Source of the DNA: Myxococcota bacterium
Lineage (GTDB): Bacteria > Myxococcota_A > Polyangia > Nannocystales > Nannocystaceae
NCBI GenBank assembly: GCA_039194325.1
Contig: JBCCWC010000011.1
Location: 1-64,000 of the forward strand
Length of the DNA: 64,000 bases
Direction of reading: 5' to 3'
A program made the position numbers and the translations under genes. How positions within the stretch are numbered: the stretch's first letter is position 1; each line of letters begins with the position of its first letter. The notes beneath the pieces are model-generated. The model made no database searches. It was not told the origin of the DNA and saw only the letters and a list, made by a program, of their open reading frames with translations. Positions 17,152 through 26,324 of the stretch are shown here, piece after piece.

Positions 17152-18075
17152 ATGAAACGGACGTTTGCCACCACCACCTTCGCATTCGCCATTCTCGGCG
17201 TGGCCGCCTGCAAGGGTGGCGCGGGCGACGCTGCGAAATACATCCCCGAAGCTGCCACCGTCGTGGGCGGAGCCAACCTCTCCGTCCTGATGGGCTCACA
17301 AAGCTGGAAGGACAACCAAGAGCAGATCACCGCCGAGGGCAAAGAAGCCCTCGAGGCGATGGAAGGCTGCAACCTTGGGTTGGACAAGTGGAAGAGCGTG
17401 GTCTTCGGCATGGATCCGACCAACGCGCAGGAGAAGATGGCCGCCGTCGTCGTGGCCGACGGGATCGGCAAGAAGGAGAACATCGACTGCGCGGCCGGCA
17501 AGATGAAGGAGAAGGCCGGCGAGGAGCCCTGGACGGTCGAGGAGGAGGGCAAGGTCCTCAAGTTGAAGGAGGGCGGGATCGTGGCCTACGTGGTCAACGA
17601 AAACACCATCGCGGTCGCGGGCAAAGCCTGGGCCGAGGAGGTCAAGAAGCTCACCAAGGGCGAGGGCAAGTCCGCCTTCGATGGCAGCCTCAAGGACGTC
17701 ATCGGGCGCACCGACACCAGCAAGGCCATCTGGGCGGCTGGCGTGATCCCCGAGAGCGCCAAGGGCATGACCAAGGGGAGCCCGGTCGACATCGGCGAGC
17801 CCAAGGACGCGGCCGGTTGGATGGACACGAGCTCGGGCCTGGAGCTGTTCGTGTCCATCGGATTTGCCAGCGGCGACGACGCGACCAAGGCCAAGGAGGC
17901 TGGCGAGCAGGCATGGACCGGCTTTAAGGGCATGGCCGGTCAGTTTGGCGTCCCGCAGGGCGTGATCGACAGCGTCAAGTTCGACGCCAGCGGTAGCGCG
18001 GCCACCGTGACCGCCAAGGCTTCCGAGGAAGACCTCAAGGCCGTCCAGGAGAAGCTCAAGGGCGGCATGATGTAA
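17152..18075 (+). CDS. Lipoprotein of unknown function
   Basis: MKRTFATTTFAFAILGVAAC lipobox and strong codon bias. Confidence 0.85.
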   Translation: MKRTFATTTFAFAILGVAACKGGAGDAAKYIPEAATVVGGANLSVLMGSQSWKDNQEQITAEGKEALEAMEGCNLGLDKWKSVVFGMDPTNAQEKMAAVVVADGIGKKENIDCAAGKMKEKAGEEPWTVEEEGKVLKLKEGGIVAYVVNENTIAVAGKAWAEEVKKLTKGEGKSAFDGSLKDVIGRTDTSKAIWAAGVIPESAKGMTKGSPVDIGEPKDAAGWMDTSSGLELFVSIGFASGDDATKAKEAGEQAWTGFKGMAGQFGVPQGVIDSVKFDASGSAATVTAKASEEDLKAVQEKLKGGMM

Positions 18076-18212
18076 GCCAGCCCTTGCGTTGGCGTGCTGG
18101 TCACGCCACACTCCGCGGCCCGGGGGATCGACGCCTCCGGGCCGTGTTGCGTCTGGCGACGCGGTCCCCTTCGTAGCTGCTGATGGCGGCGAACATCGAG
18201 GAACAAAGCATC

Positions 18213-18578
18213 ATGGCCAAGAAATCTCCGCTTCAGATCGTCAAGGAGACCCACGGATCCAAGGAAGAGCTGGTCAAGAAGGTCGCCTCCCTGGTCGAGC
18301 CCGAGGAGGGCGAGAGCGCCGAGGAGCACCTGGCGCGCCTCAAGTACGTGTCCAATGCCAAGCTGTTGCACTTGGTGGCGCTGGCCGAGCAGGCCCAGGC
18401 CCTGGGGGGGCGCGACGGCATGGTCGCCAAGATCCTGGAGCTCAAGGGACAGACCAAGGATCGAGAGTACGAGGACAAGCTCAAGAAGCTCTCGATGGGT
18501 CGCCTGGTCGACTTGACCCGCAGCCTGACGCAAGCGGCCAAGCAGGCCGAGCGCAAGGCCGGCACTCCGGCCAGCTGA
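18213..18578 (+). CDS. Small helical Lys/Glu-rich hypothetical protein
   Basis: MAKKSPLQIVKETHGSKEELVKKV...SNAKLLHL; strong codon bias. Confidence 0.8.
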   Translation: MAKKSPLQIVKETHGSKEELVKKVASLVEPEEGESAEEHLARLKYVSNAKLLHLVALAEQAQALGGRDGMVAKILELKGQTKDREYEDKLKKLSMGRLVDLTRSLTQAAKQAERKAGTPAS

Positions 18579-18672
18579 AAGGTCGCCCCAAATACGAGAG
18601 GGCCCCACGAGAGGGCCCCACGACAAGACTCTCCACGTCGGCCGTTTGAGTAGGCCGTGCGAAGAGGCCGGT

Positions 18673-20937
18673 CTACTCGGCCTTGATGATGACGGCCTCG
18701 GTCTCGAGATTCCCGAACGAGTCCCGGGCGCGGAGTACCAGCCGGTGCGTGCCCGGTCGCAGGCCCCGGGGAGAGAACGCGATCGACTCGGTCGGCTCGT
18801 CGAAGAGCCCGTCGGCCGCGGCTACGCTGCGGAACGAGCCCCCGTCGATGCTGTACGAGACATCGTGCACATAGCCGCCGCCGTCTCGGATCGTGGCGGT
18901 GACCTTACCCCCGACAAAGCGGAGATCCTCGATCTGGGGTCGCTGCCGGTCGACTACAAAGGGGGCGCTGCGCAGCTCGTCGGTGCGCGCGTTGCCGGCC
19001 CCGTTGCTGGGCTCGTCGCTGGCCACCACCTCGATCTCGTAGATCCCGTCGGGCACGGTCGACAGATCCCACGACAGCTCCTTCTTGGTGACCGGCTCGT
19101 CATCCTTGTGCAGGGGGATCCACTGCGTCTCGCCGCTGCCCTCGGGGCGGGCCCGGACGTCGTAGACCAGGTCGTCGTCGTCGCGGGCGTCGACCTTCCA
19201 GCGGATCGTCACTTTGCTGCTGGGCTCGGAGCCGCCGTCCCGGCTGAAGCTAGGGCGGCTGACGTCGACGCCCTTGAGCAGGGGGGCGAGGTTCTCCGGG
19301 GCGTAGAACTGCTCGATCGATCGCACCTCGGCGTCGTCGACGGTCAGGCCGACCTCGATCTGGAGGTAGCGCCGCTGAGTCAGGCCGCCCAGATCGCCGC
19401 GGAAGGAGCCCCCGGGCTCGGCGGCCAGCTCGATCTTGGTCCACTCCGACCAGCGATCCCCGGGCTCGTCGCTGGGGCCCACGCGGGCGCGGGCGGTCAG
19501 CGGGCCCTTGCCCCGGACCACGAGCGCCCCGAAGTCGGAGGGCTGGCGCGCATCGAGGACCTTGGTGCGATAGAGGGCCTTGTCGGCGGGGGCTGCATCG
19601 AGGCGATAGGCGGCCGCCCCCTGGCCCACGGTGGCGAATACCGGGCCCTTGGCGATCCGACAAAGGGCGGTGGTCTGACGCTCCTCGAAGTCGGCGACGG
19701 TGGCCGCGTCGCGGGGGCCCCGGAGCCGATAGATCTTGCCCTCGGCCGAGGAGGCCAGCAGCACGGTCCCCATGTCGTCGAGGGCGAGCATGGACGTGAA
19801 GTACTGGTTTTCTCGGGATAGCCATGTGTCCCAGGGGGACTCGGCCGCTCGCTCCAGGTCGCGATCCTTGCCCAGGTCGACGTGATAGACGGTGGCGTCG
19901 GCCTTGGCCGGGCGGGTCTTTTGCAGGTCGCCGATGGGGGGCGGGTCGCTGAGGCTGGCGCGGGCGAGGTTCTTGGCCAGCGCGTCCACCGAGCCCAGCT
20001 GACGGTCTTCGAAGGTATTGACCGCGGTCAGCAGGCCCTCACGGGTCAGGGCCATGGCCCGTAGCTCGTCGCCGGAGAAGTCCTTGAGCAGGATCCCCTC
20101 GGGCTCGTCGCTGACCCGCAAAAGGCGCGCCCCGGGGGCAGTGCCGACCAGCAGGGCGTCGCCCACCGACAGCAAGCTCATGATGTGCTTGTCGCGGTCG
20201 TCGAGCACGACCTTGGGATCCTTGCCGGTCAGGCTCATCGCATAGAGCTCGCCCTTGGGCCCGGTGCCGGCGTAGAGCTGGCCTTTGTGCACCCGCAAGG
20301 CCCAGACTTGTTCTACCGGCAGCTCGGCGAAGGGCGAGAGCTTGCCTCGCCGATCCATGCGCTGGAGCTTGCCCCCGGGCAGGGTCGCCACGACCACGTC
20401 GCCCTTGGGCAGCTCGACCATGGCGGTGACCACCACGCCGGGTAGCTCGGCGAGCCGCTCGGTGGTCACGTCGCCCTTGGCCTTGGCTCGCTTGGATCCC
20501 CGCTTTTGGACCTGCACCCGATGGACGCCGGCCTTGTCGGCCGTGCCCACCCAGATCTCGTCCTTGCGGCCCAGGCAGGTGAACGCCGCGGTGGAGTCGG
20601 ATAGCGCGCCGCGGGCGGGGACGAAGCCGGTGGTCACCCGACCGCTGGCCTCGATGGCGGCCCCCTCGGTCTCGCCGCTGTCGAGGTCGGAATGATCGGA
20701 CAAGGAGAAGCTGCGGGTGCCGCCGGCCTGGGCCGGCGTGGGCGTGGCCGCCAGCACGGCGCATAGCCCCAGGGCAGCGAAGCCGCCGAGGGCCCGGCCC
20801 TTCCCGAGGCGAGGGCCTCGGCCAGGACCCCGATGGGGGTCCCGATCGGGCCCCGAGCCGGGGCGTAGGCCAAGGCGCAGACCAAGGCCGAGAACAGAGG
20901 TGCGCGATCGCGGACTACGGTCGGAGCGAGCCATCAT
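18673..20937 (-). CDS. Secreted beta-propeller (WD40-like) protein with C-terminal FN3/Ig-like domains
   Basis: ATG at 20937 overlaps the S55 gene stop. Signal peptide ending AQA, repeats such as LYAGTGPKGELY and LLVGTAPGARLL, and WDLSTVPDGIYEIEVVASD. Confidence 0.8.
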   Translation of the reverse strand: MMARSDRSPRSRTSVLGLGLRLGLRPGSGPDRDPHRGPGRGPRLGKGRALGGFAALGLCAVLAATPTPAQAGGTRSFSLSDHSDLDSGETEGAAIEASGRVTTGFVPARGALSDSTAAFTCLGRKDEIWVGTADKAGVHRVQVQKRGSKRAKAKGDVTTERLAELPGVVVTAMVELPKGDVVVATLPGGKLQRMDRRGKLSPFAELPVEQVWALRVHKGQLYAGTGPKGELYAMSLTGKDPKVVLDDRDKHIMSLLSVGDALLVGTAPGARLLRVSDEPEGILLKDFSGDELRAMALTREGLLTAVNTFEDRQLGSVDALAKNLARASLSDPPPIGDLQKTRPAKADATVYHVDLGKDRDLERAAESPWDTWLSRENQYFTSMLALDDMGTVLLASSAEGKIYRLRGPRDAATVADFEERQTTALCRIAKGPVFATVGQGAAAYRLDAAPADKALYRTKVLDARQPSDFGALVVRGKGPLTARARVGPSDEPGDRWSEWTKIELAAEPGGSFRGDLGGLTQRRYLQIEVGLTVDDAEVRSIEQFYAPENLAPLLKGVDVSRPSFSRDGGSEPSSKVTIRWKVDARDDDDLVYDVRARPEGSGETQWIPLHKDDEPVTKKELSWDLSTVPDGIYEIEVVASDEPSNGAGNARTDELRSAPFVVDRQRPQIEDLRFVGGKVTATIRDGGGYVHDVSYSIDGGSFRSVAAADGLFDEPTESIAFSPRGLRPGTHRLVLRARDSFGNLETEAVIIKAE

Positions 20938-22835
20938 GGTGCGTCGTCGAAGGTCTTGCGGGGGAGCACGTCGAGGCGAAGGGTATGGAGCCCGTCGATG
21001 ATCGTCTTGGAGGGGAGCACCCGACGGGCCATCCGCTTGAAGCGGACGGCCTGGGTGGTGCTGCCCCGGTCCATCAGGCTCTCGAGCACGCTGTCGGGCA
21101 TGTCCTCGATGAGCCCATGGCGGGTGGCCAGGCCCTCGCCCTGGCGGTACACGGTGACCACCAGCGATCGTGAGGGGTAGGTCTGCTCTACGGTCTGGAG
21201 CAGGGTGTCGAGCGAGTCGGGCAGGGGCCGGTAGGGCATGGAACCCTCGCCGCCGGTGAGCATCACCTTGATCTGCTCGCCGCCGGCGTCGTCGGGGATC
21301 CGCACCGGCACGACCAGCTCGCGGGTGTCGCCCTTGAACGCGCGCAGGGTGACCGACAGGCGCACTACGTCGCCCTCGCGGATCTCCGAGTCGAGCAGGC
21401 GGACCTCGTCGATCGTCTCGACGGGCGCGCCGTAGTGCATGCGCACCTCGTGCTCGATGCCGCGGATCTGGGCCACCTCGAACTGATTGTCGAGCGCGGC
21501 CATGATGGCCACGATGCCCCGGCTGCGCCCCAGCACGCGGCCGATGAGGCCCTGCGGGAAGAACACCTCTTCGTCGATCTTCAAGGTGCGGGGCCCGCGG
21601 CTGGTCTCGAGCGAGATCTCGTGGTGGAGCGCGATGACGACCTCGGCCGCGTCGCGCCCCGCCTCGTCGACCGCCTCGGCGAGGATCCCGGCCACCAGGT
21701 TGGGGGTCAGATCCACGCCGAACGCGACCTCGTTGTGGTAGGTGCGGGCCGGCAGATCGGGATCGGGCCCCACCATGGTGGTGGTGACCGGAATCATCGG
21801 CGCGCGCAGATCGGTGCGAAGGGCGATGGCGGGCTGCCGGTCCTGGTACATCAGGCCCTGGATCGTCAGCGGGCTGGACATCTTCACCGAGCGATCGACG
21901 CTGTTGATGATGGTGTGCACCCGGGCGTTGGCCATGGGCAGGTTGCTGGGGCCATCCTCGAACATCGAGTGCCCAAAGGCCAACAGGCGCTCGCCCTTGG
22001 GGCCCACCCAGGTGACGGTGCCGTTGCTGGCGGCCGAGCTGTCCCCGCGGATCAGCACCACGGAGACGGAATCGCCGGGCTTCCAGGCCTTGGGCTTGGC
22101 CGGTGCGTCCTTGGCCCGGGAGCCCTTGCGTCCCGTGCCGGCGGGGCCGCTGCCACCCCGCACGGGGATCATGCCGAAGGTCTCGCCGAGCATGCGCGAG
22201 GTGGCGGAGCCAAAGCCCGCGACGGTCAGGGGCAGCGGCAGGGGGCTGAGGGAAAGGCCCCCCTCCAGCTCGTTCGGGCGTCGGCGGGCCGGCCGAGGAT
22301 CGGTGTCGAGGCCGAGCATCTGGTCGGCCCATGCCTTGCTGCCCGACCGCGCGTGCCCGCGGGGACCCGAGGGCCGGGGGATCACGTCGGGGCGGAAGGG
22401 TAGCTCGCCCACCTCAAGCATGTTGCCGATCGGCGTGAGCGCCCCCAGGGGATCCTTGTTGAAGCGCCAGCCGTAGGACAGCGCCCCCACCATCTTGCCG
22501 TCGAGGAAGATCGGCGAGCCGCTCATGCCCCCCACGATGCCCGAGTGCTCGAGGCGGGGATCGCTGCTGCGGAACAGCACCGCGTCTTGCTTGGGCAGAT
22601 AGTTGCGCATCACGTCGACCACCTCGATCTCGAAGCGATCGCTCGTCTCGCCGAAGAACACGGTGACCGCGTGGCCGCGCATGCCCGGCTTGACCTCGTC
22701 GACCGAGATCGTCGAGGTCCCCCGAGCGGACGCGCGCGGGGACGATGCCAGCAGGCCGGTGGTGGTGAGCCCCAGACCGAGCAGGGCGGCGGCGACCCAG
22801 CCAGGGGTGCCGCGGGAATGGCTACGACTTGCCAT
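20934..22835 (-). CDS. SpoIVB-like serine peptidase (S55 family), secreted
   Basis: Signal peptide, VKPGMRGHAVTVF, GIVGGMSGSPIF and LLAFGHSM. Confidence 0.88.
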   Translation of the reverse strand: MASRSHSRGTPGWVAAALLGLGLTTTGLLASSPRASARGTSTISVDEVKPGMRGHAVTVFFGETSDRFEIEVVDVMRNYLPKQDAVLFRSSDPRLEHSGIVGGMSGSPIFLDGKMVGALSYGWRFNKDPLGALTPIGNMLEVGELPFRPDVIPRPSGPRGHARSGSKAWADQMLGLDTDPRPARRRPNELEGGLSLSPLPLPLTVAGFGSATSRMLGETFGMIPVRGGSGPAGTGRKGSRAKDAPAKPKAWKPGDSVSVVLIRGDSSAASNGTVTWVGPKGERLLAFGHSMFEDGPSNLPMANARVHTIINSVDRSVKMSSPLTIQGLMYQDRQPAIALRTDLRAPMIPVTTTMVGPDPDLPARTYHNEVAFGVDLTPNLVAGILAEAVDEAGRDAAEVVIALHHEISLETSRGPRTLKIDEEVFFPQGLIGRVLGRSRGIVAIMAALDNQFEVAQIRGIEHEVRMHYGAPVETIDEVRLLDSEIREGDVVRLSVTLRAFKGDTRELVVPVRIPDDAGGEQIKVMLTGGEGSMPYRPLPDSLDTLLQTVEQTYPSRSLVVTVYRQGEGLATRHGLIEDMPDSVLESLMDRGSTTQAVRFKRMARRVLPSKTIIDGLHTLRLDVLPRKTFDDAP

Positions 22836-23418
22836 GGCGTACGAGGGCCTTCTCCATCATGCCCGTCAGATCGTCGCGCGGGCTGTAGTAGTAGTGGAAA
22901 CGGGAACGATTGGGGTTTTGAAGGTCTTGGTCGAGGGCGCCGGTGGCCGGGTCGATGAACAGGATCCGCGGGATGTAGGTGCCATCCGGGGCATAGGCCA
23001 GCACGTCCGGGGTCTGGTCCTGATCGGCGTTGACCATGACGAATCGTTCGGATAGCTCGGTGAGGCGCTCGTCCGAGAACTTCGGCTTGAGCTCTTTGCA
23101 GCGGCTGCACCAGCTGGCGTGGACGACCAGCATCAGGGGGCGCCCCTCGGTCTTGGCCTCGGCCAGGCCCTCGTCGAGGGAGCGCCAGGCGATGGCGTCG
23201 CCCCAGCCGTTGGCCGGGGCGGTGGCGACCCGATGCGCGGCGGCGCTGGCCTTGTTGCTGGCCTTGTTGCCGGCCTCGCGGCCAGCCCTACGGTCGGAGG
23301 GATCGTGATAAGGGGAAGCGCCGGTGCAGCCGGCGGCGGCCAGGAGCGTCGCGGCGAGCCCGAGCGCCGCGCCGCGACGGTGAAGGCGCGGCCAGAAGCG
23401 TGGGACGGACGCGTGCAC
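22822..23418 (-). CDS. Thioredoxin-family lipoprotein
   Basis: Lipobox AAGC, IAWRSLDEGLAEAK..GRPLMLVVHASWCSRCKEL and YIPRILF. Start GTG 23418 is inferred. Confidence 0.85.
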   Translation of the reverse strand: MHASVPRFWPRLHRRGAALGLAATLLAAAGCTGASPYHDPSDRRAGREAGNKASNKASAAAHRVATAPANGWGDAIAWRSLDEGLAEAKTEGRPLMLVVHASWCSRCKELKPKFSDERLTELSERFVMVNADQDQTPDVLAYAPDGTYIPRILFIDPATGALDQDLQNPNRSRFHYYYSPRDDLTGMMEKALVRHGKS

Positions 23419-23544
23419 GGGGGCGGAACGATAGCACGCGACCGGCGCGGGAGCCGGCCGTCGAGCCCGGGCGCGGTGGCCCGCTCGTTGGCCACGGTGG
23501 GCCGCGATCTGGCCCGCTGGTGGGCCACCGCACGCCGGCGCTCT

Positions 23545-24438
23545 ATGAGTTTCGAGGACTTGGCCGCGGCACATCCCTTGAAAGGACTCGTGCGCATGAT
23601 GTTCGACAGTCCCCATGAGCGCCCTCGGGAGCGCATGATGCTCTTTGGTCGCGAGCAGCTCAGCGAGGTCGAGTTGCTGGCCCTCATTTTGGGGGGTGGT
23701 CATGCGATCGCTCGGGGTATGGCCCTGCTCCAGGATTCGGGAGGCCTCTTGGGGCTGGATCGAGCGAGTCCGCAGCAGATGTGCCAGACCTCCGGGGTGG
23801 GCCTGGCCGGAGCCTCCGCTATCAGCGCGGCGCTGGAGCTCGGCCGCCGGGTGGCTCGCTTGCAGCTGCCCTATGCCCGTGCCCTCGAGGGTCCCGCCGA
23901 CGTCGCGGAGTTCTTGCGCGGGTCGATCGGGGCGTCGACCCAAGAAACCTTCTTGGTGCTCGGCCTCGATGTGCGCCAGCGTCTGCAGGTGATCCGAACC
24001 ATCGCGGTGGGCTCGCTGGCGAGCGTGGAGGTGCACCCGCGCGAGGTGTTTCGCCCCCTGGTCCAGGCGGGCGTGCATGCGGTCATCCTGGTGCACAATC
24101 ACCCCAGCGGCGAACCGGAGCCCAGCGAGGCCGATGTGATCCTCACCCATCGGATGGCGGGGGTGGGCGATCTACTGGGCATTCCCGTGGTCGATCACCT
24201 GATCGTGACCCGCGAGGCGATCGCGTCGCTCGCCCAGCTGGGCTTGATGTCGTCGGCCGCCCGGCCCGACAGCCGCGCCACGAGCGGGTCGTGGGTCGAG
24301 GGGGCGTCGGCCTGGTGCTCGGAGCCCATGGTGGCGCGTCAATGGGAGCCGGGTGATCTTCGGGGCGCTCACCGCTCGCTGGGTGACTCGTCGGCGAGCG
24401 CGCGGACAGCGACTCGTTCGACCCCGGGGGGTTCGTGA
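23545..24438 (+). CDS. radC: RadC / JAB-domain protein
   Basis: ERPRERM..G...LSEVELLALILG, VHPREVF, HNHPSG...PSEAD and VVDHLIV. Confidence 0.92.
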   Translation: MSFEDLAAAHPLKGLVRMMFDSPHERPRERMMLFGREQLSEVELLALILGGGHAIARGMALLQDSGGLLGLDRASPQQMCQTSGVGLAGASAISAALELGRRVARLQLPYARALEGPADVAEFLRGSIGASTQETFLVLGLDVRQRLQVIRTIAVGSLASVEVHPREVFRPLVQAGVHAVILVHNHPSGEPEPSEADVILTHRMAGVGDLLGIPVVDHLIVTREAIASLAQLGLMSSAARPDSRATSGSWVEGASAWCSEPMVARQWEPGDLRGAHRSLGDSSASARTATRSTPGGS

Positions 24439-24522
24439 CCGCCTTTTGAGGCCCATAGGGCGGGAATAGCCTCCTGCTGGTCGGACTTGTGGGGTGGTCC
24501 GCCCTATACTCTCGGCTCCTCG

Positions 24523-25722
24523 ATGAATCGCAAGCGCATCTTCGCGATCGGCAAGCTGGTCGTACTCTTCGGGACCCCGCTGGCTCTCGTCTTGGGTCTG
24601 TTCAGCAGCGGGGTCTACTGCGGCGTCCAAAACCGCGGCTCGATCGCCCGTTTCGAGCGGGACTGGCTTGGTCTCGACGTCGAGGTACCCGAATCCACGG
24701 CGGATGGCCCGGCCGAGGGCAACGCGGCCGAGGGCAAAGCGGCCGAGGGCGAGGGCAAAGCGGTCGAGGGCGAGGGCAAGGCAGCCGAAGGCAAGGCGGC
24801 CGAAGGCAAAGCGGCCGAGGGCAAAGCGGCCGAAGGCGAAGCGGCCGAAGGCAAAGCGGCCGAGGGCAAAGCGGCCGAGGGCAAAGCGGCCGAGGGCAAA
24901 GCGGCCGAGGGCAAAGCGGCCGAGGACAAAGCGGCCGAAGGCGAGGCGGCCGAGGGTCTGGCACCGACGCCCGCTCCCACCACACCGCCGATCGCCTCTG
25001 CGACTCCGTCGGGTCAGCCCGGTGGCGTACCCGCCCCACTGCCTACGCCCGAGGTTCGGGTCGATCCTCTCGACCAAGAGCACGCCGACCGCCGTGCGAT
25101 CCCCGTCGTGGTTCGGGTCAAGGTCTTGGTCGATCCGCCGCTCATCGAGCAGCGTGCCGACTGGATCGACTACGTACAGCGTACGGTGGGCGAGGCGTCC
25201 CACATCTACGAGCAACAGTTCGGTCTACGCCTTGATTTGGTCTCCGTCGGGCGTTGGATGGTGCCTCCGGAGGGCATGGGAGCCGACGAGCTCTTGCGCG
25301 ACCTTCAGGGGCACTCGCGAGAAGGGGCGGACGTGCTGGTCGGCTTGACCAACCGTCCCTTCGACGGAACCACGTCCGGCCGGGCGGACACACCAGCCCC
25401 CGATAGCCCCTTCAATGGTGCGTACGGGGTGGTCTATGCCACGCCCGGGCATCGGCGCGCGCACCTGCGGACGCTGCTGCACGAGATCGCCCACATGTTC
25501 GGGGCCAAGGACATCGACAATCCCGAGCACCCGGGTTGGAAGGCGGGCAGCTGGATGAGCTATGCGGTGGTCCCCGAGACCCAGGCGCTGTGGATCGACC
25601 CCGACAACCAAGAGCGGGTCCTCGAGCGCAAGGACCGGCCCTTTATCCCCGAACCCTCCGAGCCCTCCGAGCCCTCCGAGCCCTCCGAGTCACCGGCCCC
25701 GGGCGAGCCGGTCCAGCCCTGA
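24523..25722 (+). CDS. Membrane-anchored metzincin-like zinc metallopeptidase (M12/reprolysin-like)
   Basis: N-terminal TM helix, (AAEGK)n linker, HEIAHMFGAKD and a Met-turn-like SWMSY. Confidence 0.8.
   Translation: MNRKRIFAIGKLVVLFGTPLALVLGLFSSGVYCGVQNRGSIARFERDWLGLDVEVPESTADGPAEGNAAEGKAAEGEGKAVEGEGKAAEGKAAEGKAAEGKAAEGEAAEGKAAEGKAAEGKAAEGKAAEGKAAEDKAAEGEAAEGLAPTPAPTTPPIASATPSGQPGGVPAPLPTPEVRVDPLDQEHADRRAIPVVVRVKVLVDPPLIEQRADWIDYVQRTVGEASHIYEQQFGLRLDLVSVGRWMVPPEGMGADELLRDLQGHSREGADVLVGLTNRPFDGTTSGRADTPAPDSPFNGAYGVVYATPGHRRAHLRTLLHEIAHMFGAKDIDNPEHPGWKAGSWMSYAVVPETQALWIDPDNQERVLERKDRPFIPEPSEPSEPSEPSESPAPGEPVQP
24712..24957. repeat. Coding 15-bp tandem repeat encoding (AAEGK)n
   Basis: GCGGCCGAGGGCAAA and variants, read directly. 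Confidence 0.92.
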
Positions 25723-25746
25723 GCCTTTCGCTCGCCGAGTCGATCG

Positions 25747-25968
25747 ATGTCGGATCCGGAAACCAAGGTCCCGAGCAAGCGCGATGCCCAAGCCCCCGCC
25801 GAGGGGGAGGCCGAGGGTCGACAGCGCTGGTTGTCATGGGCGGTCGGGTGGGTGCTGGTGCCCGGGGTCATCATTGGGTTGATCTTCGGGGGCGGCTTGC
25901 TGGTCGGGGTTCACTTCCACGACTCTTGGTTGGCTCGCTTGATCGTCTGGGTCGTCGATCTTTTCTAG
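25747..25968 (+). CDS. Small membrane protein (73 aa)
   Basis: Hydrophobic WAVGWVLVPGVIIGLIFGGGLLVGV; starts 25 bp after the peptidase gene. Confidence 0.65.
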   Translation: MSDPETKVPSKRDAQAPAEGEAEGRQRWLSWAVGWVLVPGVIIGLIFGGGLLVGVHFHDSWLARLIVWVVDLF

Positions 25969-26324
25969 CCGATCTTTATCTAGCCGATCTTTTCTAAAAT
26001 TTAGTCAGGCTCGTGGGCGAGGTCAGCGGGTCGAGGGTAAGGAGACCGGGGCCGACGCGCAGGCTCGCGCACCCGTGATGGGGGGGAGCGCCCGGCGACC
26101 GGAACGACTGTCCAGCCCATCGGGGTCCGCGGTTTCGGTCCAACCCCGCGGCCTTTCCCCCGTGGGCCGAGTCATGGGTGCGTGCCCCCACAGGGCCCGT
26201 CGGTGCCCCCACGTGTCATCGGGGCACCGACCGGCGTTGGGGTGGGATTGCTCGGATCCCATCGGTTGCGCGAGGTGGCCGCCATTTGGGATGCTCCGGG
26301 AGCCCAAGCGAACCCAGGAGCTTC

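Noticed and set aside
20938..22332. N-terminal 464 aa of the 1219-aa ORF, or a programmed-frameshift fusion with the S55 gene
   Set aside because: This is an alternate-frame Arg/Gly/Pro-rich shadow of the S55 gene. The real gene has its own ATGA-coupled start and signal peptide at 20937.
23545..24438. radC as a marker of an integrative element
   Set aside because: This is the full-length chromosomal type with the N-terminal RPRER/HhH region, and no integrase, transposase or att-like ends are nearby.
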